A stretch of DNA of 32,000 nucleotides from the NCBI GenBank assembly GCA_043808785.1, contig JAZDEL010000001.1, forward strand, positions 150,001 through 182,000. Direction: 5' to 3'. This DNA comes from Candidatus Iainarchaeum sp. (GTDB lineage Archaea; Iainarchaeota; Iainarchaeia; Iainarchaeales; JAZDEL01). The notes beneath the pieces were generated by a model. It was not told the DNA's origin, did not search any database, and worked only from the letters and a program-made list of their open reading frames with translations. Positions 14,689 through 24,066 of the stretch are shown in pieces (the stretch's first letter is position 1; every line of letters begins with the position of its first letter). The position numbers and the translations under genes were made by a program.

Positions 14689-15585
14689 ATGAAACTGCAG
14701 AAGCTTGACCGCAACAAGTGCCCTGTTGTAACCCTTCTTGACGATGCACTGCTTGAAAAGCGCCTTTCCGAGGCACTGTGTAGGAAAAAGGTTTGCAGCG
14801 AGCAGTGGTATCGTGAACCCGAGAAGTGGTACTCACTCACGAGTTTCAATAACCCTTACATTACGATACATTCCGAGTTTCTGCTTCTCGAGAAGAACCG
14901 CGTGCGGCTGTCCGAATTTGCGGGCAAGTCTACGCTTGTTTTCTACGGCGTCGGGACGGGGGACACAGAATCGCTTTTTGTCAAATGGATGCTTGAGAAC
15001 AGCAAACATGCGGAGGTAATTGCAGTTGATGCAACCAGGACATATATAGAGCGGTTTGCCATGATTTCGCTGAACCTTGAGAATATGGTTGCGGGTTCGG
15101 AGGTTTCCTTTCTGGGGCTGCATGCGCTTTTTGAGGGCCTGAAGCGGGATATGCTGCACCCTGAAAATTCCAAATACAAGAAAAGGGTTCACATATGCCT
15201 CGGCAACACGACAGGTAATTTTGAGCAGGGCGAGATTTTCGGGATTTTCGGCAGGCTTGCGGAAAAGGGCGAGTACCTTATACTTGGTGCGCACCTCTCC
15301 CATGACCTTGAAAAAACCCTGCGCAGTTATGACACGCCGCTTGTTTCTAATTTTGTGTTCTCCTCGATAAAGCACAAATTCTCGGACAAGGGCATAGGCG
15401 ACATTGAATGGAAGATAAACAAAAAAGAAAACTCGATTGAAGCATGGCTCGGGGACGTGAATATCTTCCGCTCAAAGAAATACACGCTTGATGAAATCCG
15501 CGCGCTTGCGAAATCAAGCGGCTTTGAATTTATTGAGGAGTACAACGACGGCAATTCCGCAATAGTCGTGCTGCGGAAGAAATAG
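14689..15585 (+). CDS. EgtD-like (Methyltransf_33) SAM-dependent methyltransferase
   Basis: Collinear with my recollection of EgtD: LVFYGVGTGDTES (SAM motif I), VIAVDATRTYI, ICLGNTTGNF (EgtD FLGSTIGN), YLILGAHLSHD, IEAWL, KKYTLDEIRALAKSSGF. Confidence 0.65.
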   Translation: MKLQKLDRNKCPVVTLLDDALLEKRLSEALCRKKVCSEQWYREPEKWYSLTSFNNPYITIHSEFLLLEKNRVRLSEFAGKSTLVFYGVGTGDTESLFVKWMLENSKHAEVIAVDATRTYIERFAMISLNLENMVAGSEVSFLGLHALFEGLKRDMLHPENSKYKKRVHICLGNTTGNFEQGEIFGIFGRLAEKGEYLILGAHLSHDLEKTLRSYDTPLVSNFVFSSIKHKFSDKGIGDIEWKINKKENSIEAWLGDVNIFRSKKYTLDEIRALAKSSGFEFIEEYNDGNSAIVVLRKK

Positions 15586-15651
15586 CGCGCCTGATGCTGG
15601 CTGCGCGGTTACTGTATGCATGTTTGCGGACTGAGGGCAAGCGTAGCAGGG

Positions 15652-16524
15652 TTACTGCGGGCTTACTCGCGTATTAGCCCTTTTCCCCGCAGCCCCTGTT
15701 AACATCAGTGTTATCCACGTTGCGAAAACAAACGGCGCTGTAAGTGCGGGCCAGCCTGAAAGGTTAATGCTATAAATTATGAACACGGATAAAACCGCGG
15801 AAAACAGCGCATAGATTGCGGAGTTTTTCCCGTAACCTGAAAAGGCAATCCCGCAAAGCACCGCATTGAATCCGAATATTCCCGCGTTTACCGTGCCGAG
15901 CGGGAAAGCAAGCAAAACTGCGGCAAGCATCCCGGCAAGCGAGCCTGCAAAGGCATAGATTGCCGCCCTCCGAGAGTTAATAAAAATCGCAATCAGGAAA
16001 ATTATACCCGTAATTATGCTTGCCTGAAACATCACCTGCCCTGTGCCCATTGCTAATGAGGAAATAATGTCAATTCCTGCCGAAGGCGGCAGCTGCTGCG
16101 GAATTCCCTGCGCAAGCCCGAAATAAAATATCGGCGCCATCAGGAGCCAGGTTGAAATTACGAACGGGAATGTGTAAGGGCGGAGCCTTCTTGTGTGCAT
16201 GAAATTCATCACAACCGTGGATAAGGCTGCGCCTGCAATTGTTAACACCGCCAGAATCAGGTCAAGCCTGAAAACATAAAGCATCGCAATCCCGACAAGG
16301 GCTGCGTTAAAGCCGTAGAGCCCCTTGCGTATTTCCTCCCTGTTATATTTCAGCAGAAGTGCGGTTGCCGTTCCAACAACTGTCCCGAGCAGGGCGCCGA
16401 TGCAAAGGAGCCATGAATTCAAAAAAATCCCGATAAGGAAAAGCAGCCCTGTCGCCGCATTTTCCTGCAGCATTACCTGGCTTATGCCCCTGAGGATTGT
16501 GCCTGCGGAATCTTTCAGGCGCAT
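15652..16524 (-). CDS. urea transporter (UT family)
   Basis: ILRGISQVMLQENAATGLLFLIGIFLNS plus the duplicated LYGFNAALVGIA / IFGFNAVLCGIAF signatures of two-fold UT channels. About 10 TM. Confidence 0.75.
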   Translation of the reverse strand: MRLKDSAGTILRGISQVMLQENAATGLLFLIGIFLNSWLLCIGALLGTVVGTATALLLKYNREEIRKGLYGFNAALVGIAMLYVFRLDLILAVLTIAGAALSTVVMNFMHTRRLRPYTFPFVISTWLLMAPIFYFGLAQGIPQQLPPSAGIDIISSLAMGTGQVMFQASIITGIIFLIAIFINSRRAAIYAFAGSLAGMLAAVLLAFPLGTVNAGIFGFNAVLCGIAFSGYGKNSAIYALFSAVLSVFIIYSINLSGWPALTAPFVFATWITLMLTGAAGKRANTRVSPQ

Positions 16525-16571
16525 ATCATTAACCCCGCGCCCTGTGTGCCTGGAATTTTGACTGTCCGTGC

Positions 16572-18725
16572 CTAACCCCTCGCCCTGTGTATCGAGAACG
16601 TGCCGTTTGTGTAAACCTTGTCCATGAACCCGAACTCTTTCGGCTCCGCGAAGTAATGTTGCGTTTTCGCGTCCGTGAAAATCTTTTCTTCATCCGTGAA
16701 TGTGTATTTTATGCCGTACTTCCGCAGCACGCTTTCGTCCCCGTCAAGAATGAACCTGTATGCGTCCTCCAGCTTCCCCTCGTCCGCATACTCCACATAC
16801 AAATCCGCAAGCACCGGCCTCTGCGTGAAATACGTTGCAAGGTGCCCGTAGTAAGGGTCCGCTAGCAGCCTTTCGTTCGGTGCCGTGCGCTCCTGCAGGA
16901 ACTGCAGCGGCGCGACCTGCTGTTCCCATGCAACCGAGTATGAAACTATCACAATATTCGCAAGCACGGCAATTATGCCGAGCGCAACAAGCATGTTCCT
17001 CATGTATTTGTTCCCCCAGTCCTGCGCAAGCACGTGGAACAGGAGGAGGGTTAGCACCAAATGCGTCACTATGTTTATTCTGTAAAAAACAAAGAGCTGC
17101 AAAAGGATGAGCGCTATTGAGGCGTAGAAAAGCCTCATTGTGTAAGTATCTATGGTTCTCCAGCCCCTGAGCACCCTGAACAGGGCATATGCGAAGAGCA
17201 GGGCAACAACCTGCCCCAAATCCACAAGAAGCTCGCCCGGCCCGTGCTTTATAAGGTAGCCCCACTCCCTGCTCTTTATTTCATAGGGCATGCCGTTCTG
17301 CAGGAGTATTGGCGCAAAAAGAATGCCGAAAAGCACAATTGCGGAAGCCATGGCGATGAAGAACCGCCTCCACCCCGTACCCCTCCCTATTGCTGCCATG
17401 GTTATCGGGAACAAGATGAGGAATGGCACCTGCGTGAATGCGGCAAGCGCAACTGCACAGCCCGCAAGCACCGCGTTTTTCCCCCGTATAAGCATAGCCA
17501 CGGCAAAAAACAAAAACGAGAAACTCAGGATGTGCTTCGGGCTTACCGCTATGTTCACGAAAATGAAGAGCGAACTTGCGAGCAGGAGATAGAATATGAT
17601 GCCGTGCTCAAGCGTAAAGCCGCGGAACGAGCGCACGAAATACAGCACCGAGAGGAAGAAAAGCGAGTTCACGAGGAAATAAACAAGCGAGAAAAGCGCG
17701 GTTCCCGAAAGACCTGTTATGAAAGCAAGCGAGGACTCGAACAGGAAATAGCCCCATGTAAATGTATATCCCCTGCCGAGGTAGCTCAGTGGGTCCTGCA
17801 CGGGAATTTTTCCGGCCTGCACAATCATTTCGGAATATCTCTCATAGAAAACGTTCCAGTTGCTGAAGTGAGAAGGGGTGTACAAATGCAGTAACGCAAG
17901 CAGCGCGCCGAAGAGGAGGAAATAGAGGAGCAGTTTCCTGTTCTCCCCCCACGGCTCTTCGCTGTTTTGCCTGCCTGCGGCATTCCCGCCCCTGCCGTAA
18001 AAAATGAAAAGCAAAACCGATGCAGCGGCAACGCCCCCCCCCACCGCGTAAAAATTAAGCCCTATCCCTGGAAAGTTCAGCAGCCATGGAAGCACAATCA
18101 GCGCTGCGGAAATGAAAACAAGGGTAAAGAGCGCAGCCTCAAGCAGTTCATGCCTGCGCATGAATGCGGTGAAAACAGCTGCGATAATCAGGATAAGCGC
18201 CAGCATGCCGAAGATAGGGGAAACCAAGCCCGCGCCTTGCCCGGAATTTGCCGCAATCTGCGCAATGCCGACCCGCGCCTCAGTTGCCGCAATCGGAGCA
18301 AGGTTCACGCGCGCCTCATTTTCACCCTTACTCACATGGAAAAACAGCCTGCCGGAATCGAACTCTATTTCAACAAGGTTGTCCCCGTCCGCAAGAACCG
18401 AGGAGGGGACACAATATTCATTTGTTTTGTTTTCCGCGAGCGCAACCTTCCCCCCAAAAACAACGGTTTTCCCTGCAATGACCTTAAGGTTCTCGGTTTT
18501 CCCCGAGTACTCGTTGCCGAACTGGCTGAGGTTTGCGTTGCTTTGGGCAAAGGTTATTGCAAAGCACGCATCCCGCCCATCAGGCACGGCGGCATCGTAG
18601 CGCTCAAGCCATGCCTCTGTGAGCGGCCTTTCCATGCCGAAGCCGTGCCAGTATGAGGAACCAAGCACGACAAGCAGCATCAGCGCTGCAAATGCAGCAA
18701 AAAACGTTTTTTTCAGGTTTGCCAT
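16572..18725 (-). CDS. large polytopic membrane protein with N-terminal extracytoplasmic domain (GT-C glycosyltransferase-like architecture)
   Basis: Signal anchor MANLKKTFFAAFAALMLLVVLG, a domain of about 160 aa, at least 12 TM, and a C-terminal soluble tail related to that of 20353-21771 (ERLLADPYYGHLATYFTQRPV versus ERVLADYMLSYAVPLYTDKKV). The track start is TTG; ATG at 18725 is used. Confidence 0.75.
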   Translation of the reverse strand: MANLKKTFFAAFAALMLLVVLGSSYWHGFGMERPLTEAWLERYDAAVPDGRDACFAITFAQSNANLSQFGNEYSGKTENLKVIAGKTVVFGGKVALAENKTNEYCVPSSVLADGDNLVEIEFDSGRLFFHVSKGENEARVNLAPIAATEARVGIAQIAANSGQGAGLVSPIFGMLALILIIAAVFTAFMRRHELLEAALFTLVFISAALIVLPWLLNFPGIGLNFYAVGGGVAAASVLLFIFYGRGGNAAGRQNSEEPWGENRKLLLYFLLFGALLALLHLYTPSHFSNWNVFYERYSEMIVQAGKIPVQDPLSYLGRGYTFTWGYFLFESSLAFITGLSGTALFSLVYFLVNSLFFLSVLYFVRSFRGFTLEHGIIFYLLLASSLFIFVNIAVSPKHILSFSFLFFAVAMLIRGKNAVLAGCAVALAAFTQVPFLILFPITMAAIGRGTGWRRFFIAMASAIVLFGILFAPILLQNGMPYEIKSREWGYLIKHGPGELLVDLGQVVALLFAYALFRVLRGWRTIDTYTMRLFYASIALILLQLFVFYRINIVTHLVLTLLLFHVLAQDWGNKYMRNMLVALGIIAVLANIVIVSYSVAWEQQVAPLQFLQERTAPNERLLADPYYGHLATYFTQRPVLADLYVEYADEGKLEDAYRFILDGDESVLRKYGIKYTFTDEEKIFTDAKTQHYFAEPKEFGFMDKVYTNGTFSIHRARG

Positions 18726-18920
18726 GCCTCCACCCAAAATGCCTGCGCAGCGGTTAACGCCCTGTTTGGTTCCCGCCGGCTGAGCCTATGCGGCGGTTTA
18801 AAGCCTTTTATCGGCGTTTTTCCCTTACCCCCGCCCAAGCTTAATAAACACTTCCACCAACCAATTTATAGATTTTTGCGCGGTTTGAGGGCATGTTTGG
18901 GCTGGTGCGGGGTTGTGGGA

Positions 18921-20318
18921 ATGGCGAGGCAAACCGCGGAAGCCGTTGTTGCAGGCTGTGCAGTGCTTTTCCTTGCCGTGCTCCTCTTCGAGCCCGTAAG
19001 GGGGCTTGCCGAGGGCGTATCCAAATTCTTCTTCGAGGGCACTGCGGAGGGCAGGGTGCTGCTCTTTTTGGCATGGGCTGTGCTGCTGTTTTGCGCAGCA
19101 TTTGCGCTTGGGCGCATGCGCCTGCGCGTGAAAATGCCGAAGCACACGGCAACAGCGATTGCCCTCCTCCTTGTTCTCTGCTGGTTCATGCAGGTGCAGT
19201 TTCAGGGCTGGTTAGTAGGGGCTGAAGGGCTCCCGCCTGATGCTACTGCCGCGGTTCTCGGAAGCGACCGCGGCACTTTGGGATGGGAAGCGACTCAATT
19301 AATGCACATACACATAACTAAGGGTTTGCTCTATCCCGCGCTTTCATTGCTCCCTTCGGGAGGATTCGATACTGGCGCACAGATGTACGGCCTGCTCCCT
19401 TTCTGGTTCGGCATTGCGTTCCTTGCTGCCGCGCTCCTGCTTTTTATTTTCCTCATGCTTGAATTCCTTTCCGCTGAATGCGGCACGCAGGGGCGCCTGC
19501 TGTTTTCCGTGTTCTCGTTCTGCGCCCTCGTCTCCATATTCGACGGCGGGCCTTTCACAATCGTGGGGAGGATTGCGCTCGCGCTGATGGTCGCGTACTT
19601 CCTTTTCGCGAGGAAGGGCGTTTCCGATTACAGGCTTTTCGTGATGCCTTACTTTGCGGTAGGGGGTGCGCTCTACATAGGCAGTTTTTTCCTCAGGAGC
19701 AGTTCCTTCCTTTTCGGGAGCTACGAGTTCCTCGGGATAGGGATGCTGCTTTCCCCGCTCCTTGCGCTGAACGCGAGGAATATTTTTGGCAGGGTTTTCT
19801 GGGCGTGCGTATTTGTGCTGCTTGTGCTGTGGAGCCTTAACCATTTCATGCAGTTCGGCTTAGGCTCTGAATTTTACGCCGGGGAGGAGGCGAGGGTACT
19901 GATATACGGCGTGCCTGAAGGGGCGGCAGAACAGCAGTTGCTTGCCGCGCTCTCCAGCTTCGGCTCCGTTGCAAACGCGGAGATGCACGGCTACGTCGCT
20001 TTTGCTTCCTTAATCCCTACTCACGATTTCAGGGCTTCCGAACTTGAGCGCAAACTGCGCGCCGAACTTAACCCGCGCTCGTACATGCATGTACTGAAAA
20101 GCTGGCAGAGGGGGGAGGGGGTTTTGAGCGGCGATGGCGTGGAAACGCTGGCGGATGTGAAATCCGAATATGTCTCCTTCAGGAAAGAAACCGTGAATGG
20201 CGCAACTGCAGTCGTGGCTTCCGGCTATTTCCCGCACCCTTACCTCTCGCTCTATGCGCTGAGCGTTATGCACTCACAAGGCGTGAGTAAGCCCGTGGTT
20301 TTCAGCACCGTTAAATAG
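18921..20318 (+). CDS. polytopic membrane protein with C-terminal soluble domain
   Basis: At least 9 hydrophobic helices followed by a tail of about 130 aa. The track start is TTG 18876; the first ATG is at 18921. TATA-like aatttataga at 18862-18871. Confidence 0.65.
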   Translation: MARQTAEAVVAGCAVLFLAVLLFEPVRGLAEGVSKFFFEGTAEGRVLLFLAWAVLLFCAAFALGRMRLRVKMPKHTATAIALLLVLCWFMQVQFQGWLVGAEGLPPDATAAVLGSDRGTLGWEATQLMHIHITKGLLYPALSLLPSGGFDTGAQMYGLLPFWFGIAFLAAALLLFIFLMLEFLSAECGTQGRLLFSVFSFCALVSIFDGGPFTIVGRIALALMVAYFLFARKGVSDYRLFVMPYFAVGGALYIGSFFLRSSSFLFGSYEFLGIGMLLSPLLALNARNIFGRVFWACVFVLLVLWSLNHFMQFGLGSEFYAGEEARVLIYGVPEGAAEQQLLAALSSFGSVANAEMHGYVAFASLIPTHDFRASELERKLRAELNPRSYMHVLKSWQRGEGVLSGDGVETLADVKSEYVSFRKETVNGATAVVASGYFPHPYLSLYALSVMHSQGVSKPVVFSTVK

Positions 20319-20352
20319 GGCGCCCGCGCCCTGCGTCTGGCGCAGTGCCGCC

Positions 20353-21771
20353 TTACCCCGCAGGCGAATGCCACTGCGTTGTCCCGTTGTCGTAAATCCT
20401 GTTCCAGCGTGCTGTCTCGCCGCCGAATTCATCGCCCGAACAGTGCATCGCATTCCTTATGTACGGCGTGAACCCGAAAATGTCGGGATAATAGTTCGCA
20501 ACCGCGCGCCTGTTTGCAAGGCACTGCGTGTAGAAGCCGTATGCCGCATTTGCGCGCGCGCTTCCGTCAGGCAAACCCTCCATGAACGCGCCTATAATAA
20601 CTTTTTTGTCGGTATAAAGCGGAACGGCATATGAAAGCATGTAATCCGCCAGCACCCTTTCCCCCGCGTACGGGAGTTCATCCAGCGCCTTAACTGCGGC
20701 AAGGTTCCGCTCGGAGAAATAACTTTCCTGCTGTATCCATGCGAGGTTCTGGAGGATAAGCAAAAGCGCAAAAGCGGCAAAGAGCGCGAGGGAAAGGTTC
20801 GCGCTTATTTCCCCCCCTATCCACTGCAAAAGCAGTGCGCACAAAAATGCAATAGGGAAAAACAAATAAGCGAGTTCGCGGAAGCCGAACACCGTGCCGC
20901 CGAACACAAGCGCAAAAACCATTCCAAAAACAAAAACAAGGTTCGGGAGGTTTTTCGGGTTTTTCCAGAGCAGCACTGCCGCGGGAAGGAGCGCAACAGC
21001 CCATAACCATGAAAACATCGCGGTTAAATCAAAAACATCCACCCACGGGTTTGCTGTTCCGCGCAGGCTCAGCGCATCGAGTTTCGGCAGGAACCACCAC
21101 GCGCCGAGGAGAAGGGTTGGCAGGAACGTGAGCGCGATTTTTCGCATCAGCTCCACGCGCTCCCTTTGTTCCTCTATTTCCCATGTGCGCAGGAAGAGCC
21201 AGTACGCAATCACGCCCAAAAAAATCATGGCAAAGGTCCCGAAGGAGCGGAGATGGGTAAGCATCAGGAGGGGCATGAGCACGGCAAGCGCAAGGAAGTT
21301 TTTTTTGTGCACGTAATACAGCAGCATCACAAACATCGCAAGTCCCACGCTCTCGGGAATTGCCGCTGCGGTTCTCCTGAAAACCCATGGGAGCAGGGCT
21401 GCAAGCGCCGCCGCGCACAGCGCGAAATTCCTGTCCAGGAAACTGTGTGAGAATTTGTATGAGTAAGTGAAGATAATCGCGAGGAGCACGAAGGACAGCG
21501 CCCTCCACACGAGCGCGAAATCCAGCCCTGCCATCAGCGCAGCCTCGGCGCCGAAAACGTCGAAAAGAGGGGGATAAGTGTAAGGAAGTGCTTCCCCATA
21601 AATCGCCGTCTCGTGCGGGAAATTGCCGCTCCCCGCGATTTCTTGCCCTGCCCCCGCCCTCTCAAACTGGTCGCTCACCGAGAGCGCGGGCTTCGAAGCC
21701 TGCGCCGCTGCTAAAAGGAGCACGGGAACCGCAAAAGCAAGCAGTGCCGCTGCGAAAATGCGCCTCTTCAT
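20353..21771 (-). CDS. polytopic membrane protein, GT-C (ArnT/PMT-like) glycosyltransferase candidate
   Basis: Signal anchor MKRRIFAAALLAFAVPVLLLAAA, a YTYPPLF motif in the first loop (compare the PPL motif of GT39/ArnT families), and at least 11 TM. ATG at 21771. The upstream part of the track ORF is the tRNA-Val gene. Confidence 0.7.
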   Translation of the reverse strand: MKRRIFAAALLAFAVPVLLLAAAQASKPALSVSDQFERAGAGQEIAGSGNFPHETAIYGEALPYTYPPLFDVFGAEAALMAGLDFALVWRALSFVLLAIIFTYSYKFSHSFLDRNFALCAAALAALLPWVFRRTAAAIPESVGLAMFVMLLYYVHKKNFLALAVLMPLLMLTHLRSFGTFAMIFLGVIAYWLFLRTWEIEEQRERVELMRKIALTFLPTLLLGAWWFLPKLDALSLRGTANPWVDVFDLTAMFSWLWAVALLPAAVLLWKNPKNLPNLVFVFGMVFALVFGGTVFGFRELAYLFFPIAFLCALLLQWIGGEISANLSLALFAAFALLLILQNLAWIQQESYFSERNLAAVKALDELPYAGERVLADYMLSYAVPLYTDKKVIIGAFMEGLPDGSARANAAYGFYTQCLANRRAVANYYPDIFGFTPYIRNAMHCSGDEFGGETARWNRIYDNGTTQWHSPAG

Positions 21772-21774
21772 AAA

Positions 21775-21881
21775 TGGGCCGGGGCGGATTCGAACCGCCG
21801 ATCTCTGCCGTGTGAAGGCAACGTCATTTGTGGGCCTCCGTGCAAACGCCTCCGAGAGGCTAGCCACTAGACCACCGGCCC
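21775..21881 (-). tRNA. tRNA-Val (anticodon CAC, complement of 21812-21814) with a 34-nt intron in the D loop
   Basis: Acceptor GGGCCGG/CCGGCCC; T arm GGCGG-TTCGAAT-CCGCC; anticodon arm TTGCC-TTCACAC-GGCAG intact. The D arm GTCT-AGTGGCTA-TGAC forms only after removal of about 34 nt. A BHB motif is found by hand. Confidence 0.85.
21828..21861 (-). other. non-canonical tRNA intron (position about 20/21) flanked by a bulge-helix-bulge
   Basis: tRNA nt 15-18 (GTGG) pair with 49-52 (CCAC). 3-nt bulges CTA (19-21) and AAA (53-55) lie on opposite strands. Outer helix GCCTC/GAGGC (22-26/44-48). Confidence 0.65.
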
Positions 21882-21908
21882 TTAACTGAAATTGGGTGAG
21901 AGGGGTTT

Positions 21909-24065
21909 TTAAAGTGTCTTGCCGGGCTTCATTTTTTTGAGCAGCGGCAGCAGCCTGCCTTTCTTTTTGAAGAGCAGGATTGCGCAGGCCAGGAGCAGGC
22001 CGGCTGCGGAAATCGCCGCGACTGCGGCAAAAATATTTCTCTGGAGTGCGGCGTCCCCGCCTCCGGCACCGCCGCTTTCCCTGCCAAGCAGGCGCCTTAT
22101 CGCCTTCACTATCCAGCCGTCTGCAGCCTGAGTTTCTCCGCCGCTGACAGACTCCAGTGCGCTGTCGAGGTACTCTATCAGCTTCGGGTCGTTCAGGCGC
22201 TTTGCAATGCCCTTTGCTTTTTCAATTGAATCTTTTGCATCGCCGAATTTCCCTTCCTTGGTTTCGTCGCGTGCCCTGTCCAGGAGATAAAGGATTTCCT
22301 CGCTTTCGCTTGCGGAATTGCAGTCGTGGTTTTTCGGGATTTGGCCCTCGGGGCATTCAATCCGCCCGCATTTTCCGCCCCCGCACTTTTCGTCCGCAAG
22401 GCAGTCCGCATCGGAAGCGCAGGGCACTTCCCTGCAGCCCTCGTCAATCTTTATGCATTCGCCGAACAGGCCGCCGGCATTGCAGAGCCTTGCTCCGGCG
22501 CAGCCGCCGGCCATGCACTCCGATTTTTTTCCCGGGCAGCATTCAAGCCCTTGGGCATTGCAGTCGCCGAATCCTGCCCCGCAGGCACTGCAGTAGCGCC
22601 AGCCTGAAAGTGCCATGCAGTCTGCACCGTCTATTTTCGGGGTGCAGGGTATTTTTGCGCCCGGCTCGCATATTCCGCGCTTTGGGGAGCATTCGCTCCA
22701 CGCGCTGTTCTCGCATTTTTTTGTCCCCGCGCATCCCGACGCTGTTGTGCAGTCCGCAGCGCTGCCCTCGGTGCACGCACCCTTCACAGTTACCCTCACC
22801 GTGTCCGGGCCGGATTCGTTCGGCGGCACGGCATTGTCCCTGACAACAAGCCTGAATTCATAAACCTCGTTCCCCTCCCCTGCCGTAAACCTCGGCTTCT
22901 TGGGGCTGGACAAATCAAGCGTTACTGCGGTGCCGCCTGTCTGTGCCCACACGAACTGCAGCGGGTCAGCGTCAGGGTCATAGGAGGCGCCCGCATCCAA
23001 AACAACCGCAGAATTCGGCTCTACTGCCTGGTTCGGGCCCGCATCCGCTATGGGTGCGGAGTTCACGCACAGGAATTTGAATATGTCGGATTCCGGGCGC
23101 GTGCCCGCTATTATGCCGCCGTCGTTTGCCTGCGCCAGGGCGTAAACATTTATCGCATTCGGAAGCCTTCCCGTGCTGCTCCAGCTGCCGCCATTGTCGG
23201 TTGTCCTGAATACCTCGGCATTCCACAGCGTGCCGGCATAGATGCTTGAGTCGCCAGCCCGGAATAGCGAATAAACCCCTTCCGCCCCGGGGAGTCTTGC
23301 CATATTTTGCCAGCTGGCGCAGTTATCCCTTGAGACAAACACCGCTCCGTTCGGCTCGGTGCCTGCAAAAACTGTGCCATCCGAGGCAGCAAGCATGCTC
23401 CTTACCTCGGAACTTCCTGCCAATTCCGCCTCCGCCCAGCTGGCGCCGTCATCTGCAGACCTGAACACAGCGCCTTTTTGTGTCCAGCCGAGCTTTCCGC
23501 CGGCGCAGATTGTGCCGTCCGCCGCAACGGCAACCGCGAACGGGCTATACAGCCGGGCGGAATTCGAGGCTATTGCGCTTATTTTTGCCCAGCTGTTGCC
23601 GTTGTCGGCCGAACTGAACAAAGTGCCGTCCGTTGCATTTGCAACCATGAGGACACTGCTCCCTTTCCTGGCAAAGCCGATTATGTTTGAGGCAAGGGCA
23701 TCGGGCTTTCCGATGCTTTGCCAGCTGCCCCCGCTGTCCGCAGACCTGAAAACCCCGCCGTTCGGGGATGTGCCTGCAAGGATTGACCCGTCCGGCGCCT
23801 CAAAGAGGCAGGTTACCCTTTCTGCATTGGCGAGCTGCCCCGCGCCCTGCCACGAGTTTCCGTTGTCCGTTGACCTGAAAATTTCCGCGTTCGGGCCGCT
23901 GCCGGCCAGAAGCGTGCCGTTGCCCGCTTTCAGAATGGAAAGGACCCTGTCGGAGTTCCCGAAGTTTGCCGCCCTCATCCAGCTGCAGGATGCAGCGGAA
24001 GCGCACGCCGCAAAAAGCAGGGAGAACAGCACGAAACACGCGAATTTTTTCTGCACTTTTTTCAC
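21909..24065 (-). CDS. surface protein: signal peptide, BNR/Asp-box beta-propeller, PKD-like Ig domain, Cys-rich region, C-terminal TM anchor
   Basis: Six S/T-x-D-x-G-x-S-W boxes (STDNGNSW, SADSGGSW, SADNGNSW, SADDGASW, SRDNCASW, TTDNGGSW). PKD-like PIADAGPNQAV..LDAGASYDPD. C-terminal IFAAVAAISAAGLLLACAILLFKKKG. GTG start 1 nt after the upstream stop. Confidence 0.85.
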   Translation of the reverse strand: MKKVQKKFACFVLFSLLFAACASAASCSWMRAANFGNSDRVLSILKAGNGTLLAGSGPNAEIFRSTDNGNSWQGAGQLANAERVTCLFEAPDGSILAGTSPNGGVFRSADSGGSWQSIGKPDALASNIIGFARKGSSVLMVANATDGTLFSSADNGNSWAKISAIASNSARLYSPFAVAVAADGTICAGGKLGWTQKGAVFRSADDGASWAEAELAGSSEVRSMLAASDGTVFAGTEPNGAVFVSRDNCASWQNMARLPGAEGVYSLFRAGDSSIYAGTLWNAEVFRTTDNGGSWSSTGRLPNAINVYALAQANDGGIIAGTRPESDIFKFLCVNSAPIADAGPNQAVEPNSAVVLDAGASYDPDADPLQFVWAQTGGTAVTLDLSSPKKPRFTAGEGNEVYEFRLVVRDNAVPPNESGPDTVRVTVKGACTEGSAADCTTASGCAGTKKCENSAWSECSPKRGICEPGAKIPCTPKIDGADCMALSGWRYCSACGAGFGDCNAQGLECCPGKKSECMAGGCAGARLCNAGGLFGECIKIDEGCREVPCASDADCLADEKCGGGKCGRIECPEGQIPKNHDCNSASESEEILYLLDRARDETKEGKFGDAKDSIEKAKGIAKRLNDPKLIEYLDSALESVSGGETQAADGWIVKAIRRLLGRESGGAGGGDAALQRNIFAAVAAISAAGLLLACAILLFKKKGRLLPLLKKMKPGKTL

Positions 24066-24066
24066 C

